64,000 nt of DNA, from assembly GCA_030753015.1 (NCBI GenBank), contig JASMDC010000002.1:32001-96000 (forward strand). The letters are read 5' to 3'. Positions 55,280 to 64,000 of this stretch are shown here, one piece after another (the first letter of the stretch is position 1; each line of letters begins with the position of its first letter). The notes under the pieces were generated by a model. That model saw only the letters and a list, made by a program, of their open reading frames with translations. It did not search any database and was not told the DNA's origin. Position numbers and translations under genes: made by a program. This DNA is from Candidatus Undinarchaeales archaeon (GTDB lineage: Archaea; SpSt-1190; JASMDC01).

Positions 55280-58200
55280 CTACTGGTAGCCGCCGCTGCC
55301 CCACTTCTGTTGGCTCTGTTGTTGACCACCACTGTAGGATGTCATGGCCTTCTGCAGGTTGGCCTTCATGGTGGCCTTGCGGGCCGCTTCCTTTTGCATC
55401 ATGAACGCCACACCGCCACCGGCAAGGAGCAGGATCCCGCCCAATGCAGCGATGGCATAGAGCATGGCGGACGAACCTCCCTCGGTCGTCGTCCCTGAGA
55501 CCTCCGGATCGGGAGTTGCCTCTGGCGTAGCATAGGGATCCTCGCCGAAGTCGTCGTCACCGGCACCCTCCGTTGGCTCCGGGGTCGCGGCGGGTGTCGG
55601 GGCCGGCGTCGCAGTGGGCTTGGGCGTGGAGGTCGGCTGACCTGTGCCCGTGTCGATGTCGTCAAGGGTCCGCGTGACCACACGGGTCACCTTGTTGAAG
55701 CTCAGCTGCTTGCCCCCGTCGAGACCCAGGGTGAGCTTCTTGTTCTTGTCGTCCATCTCGGCGACCTTACAGCGGAAGTCCACGGCGAGCTCGATCTCCT
55801 TGCCATCCTCGACGGTGTACTCCTTGTCCTTGATGGAGAGGCAGTTCTTCAGTTCGCCGTCGAGAGTGAGCTTGAAAGTGGCGGGGGCCGTGCCGTTGTT
55901 CTTGATCTTGATGACCGAGCCCTTCTCGAGCTTGGGCGGGATGTCGACCACGATGTTGGGTCGGAGAATGTCGATGTTGATAGGCATGGATTCGGTGATC
56001 TCGCCCGGCTTTGTCTGAGAGGTGACAGTTGCCAATAGGGTGTACGTGCCCGCAGCGTTCTCGGGGAGGCTCATGGTGAAGGGGATAACGAGCGGCTGAT
56101 AGGCTGCTGCCTTCAAGGACCGGGTGATGGGGGAGCCGAGAACGGTATCACCGGTCCCGTTGATCACGATGTCGTAGGTGTCCTCCACGTTCCCGGTGTT
56201 GGAGACGTTGACGAAGAACTCGACGGTCTCGCCAGGAACACCCGAAAGACTGGAGGTCGCTGACATCTTCATCCCGAAATGGTCCTCCTTGGTGATGATG
56301 AGCTCCAGTTCCGTGCTCAGTGCCGCGTCCGCGATGCCCAAGGGGTGGGCCGTCACGATGAACTTGCACTCATCGCTCTTGTCGGTGGCCGCAGTGATGT
56401 TGAGAGCGATGCTGTACGCCTCCATGGGTTCGGTCTCCTTCTCGATGGCACCGATGAACTTCGAGCAGGCGTCATTGGATGATAGTTTGAAACGGATGGG
56501 GAATCCCTGCCTGTTGGTGAGGCTCATGATAGCCGATGCCTTGTCCCCTGGTCGGAGGTAGAGCTTGGGATGGGAGTTGGTGATGTTGAACGAAGGAGTG
56601 AACTTGAAGGGGCTCATAGTGATAGTTCTTTCTGAGCATCCCGAGGCAGGATCCTCGGAGCATACCATGAGTGTCGCGTTCACCGTGTTCGTGGCAGCGA
56701 GCTCGCACTTACCCATGAGATGGGATATGAAGGTGAACTTGTAGTCGGTGATGGTGGAGGTGAGCTCCTTGGCGTTGCCAAGGGTCGGTGTGGCGAGCAT
56801 GGTAGTAAGGCTCGTGCGAAGGGCGTCATACGCCGTCTGGTTGATATTGATCAGCAGTCCCTTGGTCGTGCCGAACGCAACGGTATAGCTCCCGGCGAGT
56901 TCCGACACCTCGCCCGTGACCATCGTCGCCAGCTGGCTGAAGAAGAGGCTCTTGTCAAGGTGGGCAATGAGCTTCTTCTCGCCGTCTGTAAGAGCGCATC
57001 CGTATATTGTGGCCGTGTGGTTTGTTGTCCGTTCGGAGTACTTGGAGAGCTGAACCTGGTTCATCGAGAAGGCTGGCGTTATGGTGTCGAGGATGACCGA
57101 GTAGTAGACGAGCTCGGCCAGGTTGCCCTCGTTCCGGAACGATAGGGCACAGCTGGTCTCGGCCAGTTCGCCGGCCGGGGGCCCGGCCACTGAGCACGAA
57201 TACGTCCCAATGTCGAACTTCTTGAACCGGGCCGCACCTACTTCCACGCTCTTCGTCCCGACAAGAAGACCGTCACGTGTGTTGTAGACCTCGATCTTGA
57301 CAGTCCCCGTCTCCTCGCCGTCCGACCAGAAGAGGACCTGGGTCTCGGCCTCATCGCCCTTCACCACGGTGATGTTCTGACATGGAAGAGTTATCTCCTC
57401 CTTTCGGACCAGGGCATGCCATCCTGTCGATGCCTTTGCACAGAGGCGGATATCGCCGTCGACCATGTTATTGCGCATGGTGAAGGCCACGGTGTTGTTC
57501 TGGACAGGGACCACTTCTATCGTGTCCGGAGCATAGATGTCGACAGGGGTGATGACAAGGTAGACCGTCGTGATGTTGTACTCGACTCCGTACTCGGCAG
57601 ATGAGAAGTTCCACGAGACCACGCCCTCGCCAGAGATCCCGTGAGCGAGGAAGTCAAGATCCCACTCCGTGGGCACCTGGCGCACCATATCCTGAACCTG
57701 ACCGTTGATCTCACGTGTGATGAGCACCTCATTCTCAACGTACCATTTCGGGAGGGCGGAGATGGGCTGAGGATCCTCCCCGTACTTCACGTGGGTGTAG
57801 TTCGATGTGTAGCGATAGACTAGTCGTCCGTCGATGACCTCTCGGCTAGCGGCGGTGAGCCTTCCTGAGAGCTTCGAGAGCTGGGACACGTCGATGCGAG
57901 GTTTTCCCTCTTGATAGGATAAGTGGGTTGTGTTCCGGACGAGGGCGTACATGACGGTGTCCTTGAACAGCATGCACTTGGTCTTGACCGTCTGGATCGC
58001 GTTCTCGTCACGGTGGAAGCTGAAGCGCCATGACTGGGGCGGGAACTCCATATGGGCGTAATACTCACCACTTGCCATGTAGTTGTCCACAACGATGATG
58101 TCCTCGTTGTTGTATCCCACCCAAAGAACCGCTGTCGAGGCATCGTTCTCGCTCGCACAGTCGATGTCCCGGTGGTAGACCGTGATGTTGCCGATATCCT

Positions 58201-58894
58201 TTTTGGTATCCATTCCATCAGCGCAGTCGAAGGTGAAATTGACCACCTCGGTATTGTTGCCTTCGATCCGTAGTTTCCCCTCGGACTCGTCGAACTCGAG
58301 GAATGTGAAGGAGTACTTGATGAGGAGGGGATAGAACCCATCAGCGAGCATGTTTGTGACGTAATAGGCGACGTTCTGTTCGTCCCCCAGGCCGAGCTCG
58401 ACACGGCGTCCGACTGATACTGGGAGGTCCCGGGCCTCCTTTCCCACGGCGCACTCGATGAACCCACCCTCCACAAGGTCGAGCCGAGTGAGGTCATCGA
58501 TGGTGAAGTCGACCTGGATGGGGTCCGTAATCATCAGTTCAGGTGGCTCTGATGTGTAGTTGTGGTAGGTAAAGGTGAAGTTCACTTGGCCATCGAGAGC
58601 ACCGGGGCAGTACACGGTGGCCGTTGTCGAGCCACCGCTCTGGAGGATGCTGTCCTTGAAGAGAATGCGGTGCTGGTCGCCAGGTGTGCATCCACCTGAG
58701 CTGATGATATCGTCCTGGAAGAATGGATAGAGGGATATGGGGGATGTGTCGGTGGTTATATTGAAGAAGAGGAAGTACTTGCCATGCGCATCCACCACTT
58801 CGACATCATCGATCGATAGCTCGGCCGCCGTCAAGGGCACCAGGACCGAGGCCAAGGCGATGATAGTGATAAGCGCTCTATAGGCAGGACTCAT
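55280..58894 (-). CDS. Large membrane-anchored surface glycoprotein with Ig-like (CARDB/NEW3-like) domains
   Basis: Signal peptide, many N-x-S/T sequons, VSNTGNVEDTY-type Ig motifs, Pro/Thr linker, C-terminal TM and a Gly/Gln-rich tail. Confidence 0.85.
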   Translation of the reverse strand: MSPAYRALITIIALASVLVPLTAAELSIDDVEVVDAHGKYFLFFNITTDTSPISLYPFFQDDIISSGGCTPGDQHRILFKDSILQSGGSTTATVYCPGALDGQVNFTFTYHNYTSEPPELMITDPIQVDFTIDDLTRLDLVEGGFIECAVGKEARDLPVSVGRRVELGLGDEQNVAYYVTNMLADGFYPLLIKYSFTFLEFDESEGKLRIEGNNTEVVNFTFDCADGMDTKKDIGNITVYHRDIDCASENDASTAVLWVGYNNEDIIVVDNYMASGEYYAHMEFPPQSWRFSFHRDENAIQTVKTKCMLFKDTVMYALVRNTTHLSYQEGKPRIDVSQLSKLSGRLTAASREVIDGRLVYRYTSNYTHVKYGEDPQPISALPKWYVENEVLITREINGQVQDMVRQVPTEWDLDFLAHGISGEGVVSWNFSSAEYGVEYNITTVYLVITPVDIYAPDTIEVVPVQNNTVAFTMRNNMVDGDIRLCAKASTGWHALVRKEEITLPCQNITVVKGDEAETQVLFWSDGEETGTVKIEVYNTRDGLLVGTKSVEVGAARFKKFDIGTYSCSVAGPPAGELAETSCALSFRNEGNLAELVYYSVILDTITPAFSMNQVQLSKYSERTTNHTATIYGCALTDGEKKLIAHLDKSLFFSQLATMVTGEVSELAGSYTVAFGTTKGLLININQTAYDALRTSLTTMLATPTLGNAKELTSTITDYKFTFISHLMGKCELAATNTVNATLMVCSEDPASGCSERTITMSPFKFTPSFNITNSHPKLYLRPGDKASAIMSLTNRQGFPIRFKLSSNDACSKFIGAIEKETEPMEAYSIALNITAATDKSDECKFIVTAHPLGIADAALSTELELIITKEDHFGMKMSATSSLSGVPGETVEFFVNVSNTGNVEDTYDIVINGTGDTVLGSPITRSLKAAAYQPLVIPFTMSLPENAAGTYTLLATVTSQTKPGEITESMPINIDILRPNIVVDIPPKLEKGSVIKIKNNGTAPATFKLTLDGELKNCLSIKDKEYTVEDGKEIELAVDFRCKVAEMDDKNKKLTLGLDGGKQLSFNKVTRVVTRTLDDIDTGTGQPTSTPKPTATPAPTPAATPEPTEGAGDDDFGEDPYATPEATPDPEVSGTTTEGGSSAMLYAIAALGGILLLAGGGVAFMMQKEAARKATMKANLQKAMTSYSGGQQQSQQKWGSGGYQ

Positions 58895-58937
58895 AAGAGG
58901 ACTATAACGTCTGTGTGCTATTTATGTCTTAGTATGG

Positions 58938-61900
58938 TCACCGGCGCGGCGGATATTGTGTACGATTCCCGTACATAGATCCCTGCTGGGGCCAACCTTG
59001 CTGCGCCCCGCGATATCCGCCCGTACCCTTCATTCCGGGACGTCCCGCAACACCGGTCATCGATGTCATTCCCTTGGCGGGGGCCTTGGCGCCGCCACCG
59101 ATGAGGCCCTTCTTCTGTGCAATGAAGGCTCCCGCACCGATCAACACGATGATGACGATGACTGCACCCGCGCCCATGCCACCGCTCTCGGGCTCGGGCG
59201 TCGGTTCGGGTGTCGCTTCGGGCGTGGCTTCCATGGTGGGCTCGACGGTGGTCGTTGACGGTTCGAGCGCGATCGGATGGACCTTATCATAGTTCGCCCC
59301 TTCGACAAGAAGCTCGAGGCTCTCCAATTCGGTGCATTCACTGGTGATGCCTATATCCACGAACCCGCCGGCAGGGACCTCGACGCTCGCGTTGGAAAGC
59401 GTCACGCAGGCAGCACTCTCATCATTGAGAGTAAGCACGATGGTACCGTTGGCATCACCGAGGTTCTCGATCCTGATGGTACTATTCTCATCGAGCGTAT
59501 CGGGTACGGTGAGGGAGAACTCGGGTGCGCTCACGGTCACGGAGAACTTGGCCGTTCGTACAAGGTCGCTCTTGATCCCGTGGGTCACCGAAATAGTGGC
59601 AGTCTGGACACCCCGCTCCTTGGGGGCCGTGGCCTTCACTGTGATGTTGACCGAAGCGCCCGCATCGAGCAGTGGGCGGCTGACGCTCGGAGGTGAGAAT
59701 ACGTCCCTATCCCCGTCAAAGGACACGATGAATGTCGCCTTGCCGTTGCCCTTGTTAATAAGGGTGGCCACGAGTTCGGCCGTTTCCCCGGCCGTAAGAG
59801 CGACATCGCTCACATGGACTTCCAGTTCCATGTCGAGCACCTCCTCGATGTCGACCTCCACGGGGACCGGCACCTTGCGCTGCTGTTCGGTGTAGCCCGT
59901 GGGTAGGGCCTTGACGTGGACCATGTACCGGTCGGGCGTGGACCATGAGATAGGAACGGTGAACACATGCTCGCTGTCCTCCTCGATGAGCACTTCATTC
60001 TCCTCTGCCAGTGCTGTCTCGGAGTAACCCTCAGAGGCGATGAAGTCGAATAGGAGCGGGAAATGGAGGTTGTTGCGTATGATCATGTCGAATGACACTT
60101 CCTCGCCTGCGAGCACGTGGAGCGCTCCGGTCTTCTGCAGGGTGGAGGTGAGTGCGGAGTCCGGCTTGAGCTCATAATCTAGGTCGATGAGGATATCAGT
60201 CACTTCGAAGGTGCGGTTCACGCATGCATATCGCAGCTCATCGTCGAGTTGCATGGGTGTGTCACACGTATATGCTGTCACCTCGATGCTCGTCGCCCGG
60301 CTGAGGCGACACGTCTTCCGATGCGCTTCGAAGAATGCAGTGTAGAGCGATTCCACGGCATCGGCAAGAACAGCTCCCGTCGTTGCGTCGGGGGAAGCCC
60401 GGAACGCTTCGATGTCAGCCTTCAAACGCGCCGATTCAGTGGGCACCCCCATATCATCCGTCCGTGTGGCCAGCACGTCAGCCTCGGTGAAGAAGCTGGC
60501 CATTGGTCCCTCCGCGGTGAAGTTGCCACCATCGGCGAAGAGCTTGGCCAGGAAGAACAACTTCCCCACAGATGTGATGTAGCTCTTCAGATCGAGGTCG
60601 AGCGAGCACCCGATGATGCGTGCCTTCAGGTACTTGTTGGACGAGGCCTTGGCGTCAACGTCCACAGACGAGAAGGGAGGGGTCACAAAGAGGATGTCCC
60701 CTGCGAAGCCGTACCGGTAGGTGTTGCGTACGTTCCCGCCGTTGATGAACTCGAAGTTGCAGCTCATGTCCCATTCGTTCTTGATGCACTCCTTGAGCTG
60801 GATGTGGGAGCTTGTGAAGAACGAGGGGAGGAGAGACACCTTGGCGATACGGCTCAAACGTTCGTCCGATTCCGAGGTGACATTGAGAACGAGATCCCCA
60901 CCAGTTTCTGTCTCCAACCGGACGGTGGTGTTGAGGGTGACGGAGGCCCCTCCGTCGACAGTGACCGAGTGGCATGGTGCGCTCCCTTGCTTGTCCGGCT
61001 GGCCGGTCACCTCGACCCCGCTCACCCAGGCCTTAACACCGGTGGTAGTGCCGCACACGCGGTAGATGTCCTGCTCGAACTTGAGGTTGTGCAGACGGAG
61101 GGCGAACTCCCCTGTCTTGTTGGGGACAACGGTCATATTCTCCGGGGCCGAGATACGGAAGGGTTCGGTGATGCGGTAAGGCACCTTGATGAAGAAGAGG
61201 TCCTGGTGACCTGTCGTGAGGTTGACCCAGATGATCCCGGCGTCCTTGGCCCGGACATGGACCGTCACAAGACTCCCATGGACGAGGTCCTTTGTCCGGT
61301 TCACATAGAGACCCTCCTCGGAATGGCCATGCTTGTCGAGGATGATCTCTCGTGGACCCGAGAGGGCGGGTGAGGATACGTTGAGCGCAACGGAGGTCAC
61401 ATTTACAGGGACGGAGAAGATGAACGTGACGTCCTCGGGGTGATGGAGCGAGAGGTTGTTGTAATGGTGACCGACGACGTAGGTATCGCCTTGCCAACGC
61501 TCCTCTGGGCGCTGAATACCGACGCTGGCCCGGTCAAGGATTCCGTAGGTCACCATCTGTGCAGGCATCAGGCGCGAACCACCGATCTCGTCGCCTTCGC
61601 GGATGGCTATGTAGAACGCGTGGTCCTCGACGAACTCCCGCTCGTAGTTACGAATGACCGTGCCGGGCAGGAGACCGGTCTTGTTCACGACGACGTCCAT
61701 GATGCCGGTGGACCGGTCGAAGCCCTGGAAGAGCATGAATCCCCGCTCGGTCGTGTAATTGACGATGAGCTGAGGGCCCACACGCTTCACGATGTCCCCC
61801 CTGATGAAAGTCTGGTGGAGGAACAGGCTCCGTAGGCCGATGTCCAGGGAGGGGCGGCGGACATCCTTCAACTTACGGGAGGAGGCCTGGTCCACTTGCT

Positions 61901-63971
61901 GGCGCGGATCATCGCCGAACGGGATGAAGGAGGAGAGCTCGAGGCGGTCGTTGCCCCACCGCACGAAGCGGGCATCACTGGCGGTCTTCCCCGCATCGTC
62001 GATGGCCACCTTGAGGACGTTGAATCCGTCCTTGGCCGTGCCCGCCGGTACGTCCACAGTGAGCTTGTAACTACCCTTCACGACATCGTACACGACACCT
62101 TTATCGCCCATGTCCTTGCCATTGAACGTGATCGAATAGGAGTAGGCGTTCTCCATGAAGGGCACGGGGTCGCCCTTGGAGTCGATGAGCAGGAAGGTGA
62201 CGTTGATCCGCTCGGGATCCCTGTCCGCGATTGCCTGCGGTGACAGATCCTCGATGATGAGTTGGTAGCCGTTGGAGCTGCGAGCAGCCCCGAGGCAGTC
62301 GGCCACGACGGTCATGGAACCCCCGGGGGGGATCGTGTCGACTCCTGCTTCCCAGAGCAGGCCCGCCTTCACCGAATCGCATGACACCTCAGTGCGCTCA
62401 CGGTCCGGGACCACGGCCGCTATCGGGGATTTATTGGTGATGTTCACGAAGGCCAGGAGGCGGCCGCCGAGCACGTACGGGGCGTAGTCCACTTCCACGT
62501 TCACCGGGGCTTTGACCGTCACGTCCAGGTCAAGGGTCTCCGAGTCGCCCGTGTCGGACTTGATGGTGAGAGTGTAGTTGTACCAGCCTACAGGAGTGCC
62601 TTCGGGCACGGTCACCTCCATACGTCTGAGGGCGTTGCAGGGGACACCTTCGATCATCTCAGTACATTGTTCGCCCGTGTGGGCCTGGAGCATAACCGTG
62701 GTGCTCGGTTCAGGGCGTCCCGTGATGGTGTTGAGGATGCCTGTGTGGACCTCGTTGGGCCCGGCGAGGCTTAGGGTGATGATGTTGTAGTCGATGGAGT
62801 CAAGGGCCGCGTTGATCTTCTGTGAAAGGCTCCCCAGGCTGAATCCGTCGAAATACTTACCCTTCGTGTCCTTTGTGATGTTGATGAGGTCATAGCAGTA
62901 TCGGTACGCTTCCCGTTCGGTGTCGGGGGCCCAGGCCATACCGGAGCAGTCCTTGGGTTTGGGGACCGTCGTATCGCAAGTATCCCCTGTGTTGCCCTTC
63001 CACGATGGATCGCCACTGCAACAAGTTGACTCGCAGAGCCGCGCCGCGTCTTCTCCCGTGCAGGTGAGGCCGCATTCGTTGCCGGTGGACGTACATGGAG
63101 GGCATGTGGGAGGACAGGGGGACTTCACCTCGCCTTCCGACGGATTGGGTGTGAGCCCGAACACGACGACACCGGCCGCACTAGCCGCGTTGCCCAGCAG
63201 CTCCATCTCATTGTATCGTCCCGTGAACACGGCGGCATCGGTAGTGACGAAGATGATCTTCAGCGCGTCAGGACGCCAGGCACAGGCTCCGTTATCGCAT
63301 TCTCCCGGGAGCGCACCGAACTCGTAGTCACGGCCCCAGTCCTCCTCGATTGCGTACCTGATCGCGTCGTAGGAGTTCTCACGGCAGTCACCGCCCCCTC
63401 CCACGGTCTCGGCCCGGTCCTTGAGCACTTGGAGCCGGTCCTTGAAGTATTGGATATTGTTATCAGTGTCGGTCTCGAAGTCCTTGAACGTTGTGAGCAC
63501 ATCGATGGGATCGCTGGTAGGCCCTGGCAGCTTACGTACGAGATCATCCTGGAAGGGGATCATGGCCACCCTAAGCTTGTTGTTGACCTTGGAACCCATA
63601 TTATAGACAATACTGTCCCAGTCAGTGATGAACTGCCCGAGATCGTCGGCCATACTGGCCGTGAAGTCAGTAACGAAGACAACGTCGATTGACTTGGCCC
63701 GTGCTCCGCGATTGAAGGTGAGCACGCCGATCTCGCTCGTGTCCCCCCAGTACAGGTCGAGCGTGGTCTCGTTCCTGGCGACGAAGGGGGAAACGCAGGA
63801 GTTCCAGTCATCAAGACAAAGACCGAGGTCGCAGTGTATGTCAGTATAGCACATATATGTACGCTCACCGACCGCAGGGACCGTTACGAGGACGAGCACC
63901 AGGAAGAAAAGGCTCGGCAGCCCCCCCTTTCGTTCATCGATCCGGGATCCGTTTATGATTCCATCCCCCAT
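58938..63971 (-). CDS. Large membrane-anchored surface protein with vWA domain, Cys-rich insert and Ig-like domains
   Basis: Signal peptide; DVVFVTDFTASM (MIDAS-like), GGGDCRENSYDAI and WRPDALKIIFVTTDA; INKGNGKATF Ig motif; TPE linker; C-terminal TM. Confidence 0.88.
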   Translation of the reverse strand: MGDGIINGSRIDERKGGLPSLFFLVLVLVTVPAVGERTYMCYTDIHCDLGLCLDDWNSCVSPFVARNETTLDLYWGDTSEIGVLTFNRGARAKSIDVVFVTDFTASMADDLGQFITDWDSIVYNMGSKVNNKLRVAMIPFQDDLVRKLPGPTSDPIDVLTTFKDFETDTDNNIQYFKDRLQVLKDRAETVGGGGDCRENSYDAIRYAIEEDWGRDYEFGALPGECDNGACAWRPDALKIIFVTTDAAVFTGRYNEMELLGNAASAAGVVVFGLTPNPSEGEVKSPCPPTCPPCTSTGNECGLTCTGEDAARLCESTCCSGDPSWKGNTGDTCDTTVPKPKDCSGMAWAPDTEREAYRYCYDLINITKDTKGKYFDGFSLGSLSQKINAALDSIDYNIITLSLAGPNEVHTGILNTITGRPEPSTTVMLQAHTGEQCTEMIEGVPCNALRRMEVTVPEGTPVGWYNYTLTIKSDTGDSETLDLDVTVKAPVNVEVDYAPYVLGGRLLAFVNITNKSPIAAVVPDRERTEVSCDSVKAGLLWEAGVDTIPPGGSMTVVADCLGAARSSNGYQLIIEDLSPQAIADRDPERINVTFLLIDSKGDPVPFMENAYSYSITFNGKDMGDKGVVYDVVKGSYKLTVDVPAGTAKDGFNVLKVAIDDAGKTASDARFVRWGNDRLELSSFIPFGDDPRQQVDQASSRKLKDVRRPSLDIGLRSLFLHQTFIRGDIVKRVGPQLIVNYTTERGFMLFQGFDRSTGIMDVVVNKTGLLPGTVIRNYEREFVEDHAFYIAIREGDEIGGSRLMPAQMVTYGILDRASVGIQRPEERWQGDTYVVGHHYNNLSLHHPEDVTFIFSVPVNVTSVALNVSSPALSGPREIILDKHGHSEEGLYVNRTKDLVHGSLVTVHVRAKDAGIIWVNLTTGHQDLFFIKVPYRITEPFRISAPENMTVVPNKTGEFALRLHNLKFEQDIYRVCGTTTGVKAWVSGVEVTGQPDKQGSAPCHSVTVDGGASVTLNTTVRLETETGGDLVLNVTSESDERLSRIAKVSLLPSFFTSSHIQLKECIKNEWDMSCNFEFINGGNVRNTYRYGFAGDILFVTPPFSSVDVDAKASSNKYLKARIIGCSLDLDLKSYITSVGKLFFLAKLFADGGNFTAEGPMASFFTEADVLATRTDDMGVPTESARLKADIEAFRASPDATTGAVLADAVESLYTAFFEAHRKTCRLSRATSIEVTAYTCDTPMQLDDELRYACVNRTFEVTDILIDLDYELKPDSALTSTLQKTGALHVLAGEEVSFDMIIRNNLHFPLLFDFIASEGYSETALAEENEVLIEEDSEHVFTVPISWSTPDRYMVHVKALPTGYTEQQRKVPVPVEVDIEEVLDMELEVHVSDVALTAGETAELVATLINKGNGKATFIVSFDGDRDVFSPPSVSRPLLDAGASVNITVKATAPKERGVQTATISVTHGIKSDLVRTAKFSVTVSAPEFSLTVPDTLDENSTIRIENLGDANGTIVLTLNDESAACVTLSNASVEVPAGGFVDIGITSECTELESLELLVEGANYDKVHPIALEPSTTTVEPTMEATPEATPEPTPEPESGGMGAGAVIVIIVLIGAGAFIAQKKGLIGGGAKAPAKGMTSMTGVAGRPGMKGTGGYRGAQQGWPQQGSMYGNRTQYPPRR

Positions 63972-64000
63972 CCTTACCGCCTCCCGTAATAGGGATACCT

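Overview
This is a high-GC archaeal chromosomal segment: it carries egsA, archaeal ribosomal proteins, aIF2-gamma, aIF5B and TATA/BRE promoters. The lineage cannot be fixed from sequence alone. From left to right: (1) a giant secreted Cys/His-repeat surface protein (>3200 aa, minus strand, runs off the left edge, so it is absent from the ORF track), placed 2 nt downstream of an AbrB-PIN gene pair; (2) a housekeeping block (COG1031-type radical SAM, egsA, trpS, pheS, pheT); (3) a 12.5 kb accessory island, 19.3-31.8 kb, with six tandem and one convergent glutamate--cysteine ligase/YbdK-fold (GCS2) carboxylate-amine ligases, two nitrilase-fold hydrolases, a TIM-barrel amidohydrolase, a RimK-type ATP-grasp ligase and a small Cys-rich lipoprotein; (4) GT2, truA, a Lon-type lipoprotein and the conserved ffh-ftsY-pfdA-rpl18a-eif6-rpl31e-rpl39e...rps19e-rnp4-nep1 superoperon, with a stand-alone 5S rRNA; (5) thrS, kae1 and the rpl7ae-rps28e-rpl24e-infB-rps6e-eif2g-PIN-ppa-rpoE1-spt4-rps24e-rps27ae operon, whose ppa has lost most catalytic residues; (6) two large paralogous membrane-anchored surface proteins, one with a vWA domain. 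The best candidate for an undescribed system is the island in (3). It looks like an amide-bond writer/eraser system with shortened, apparently lid-less ligases, hypervariable acceptor loops and recurrent amphipathic helices resembling membrane-targeting sequences. All family assignments come from motif recognition by eye; no database search was run.
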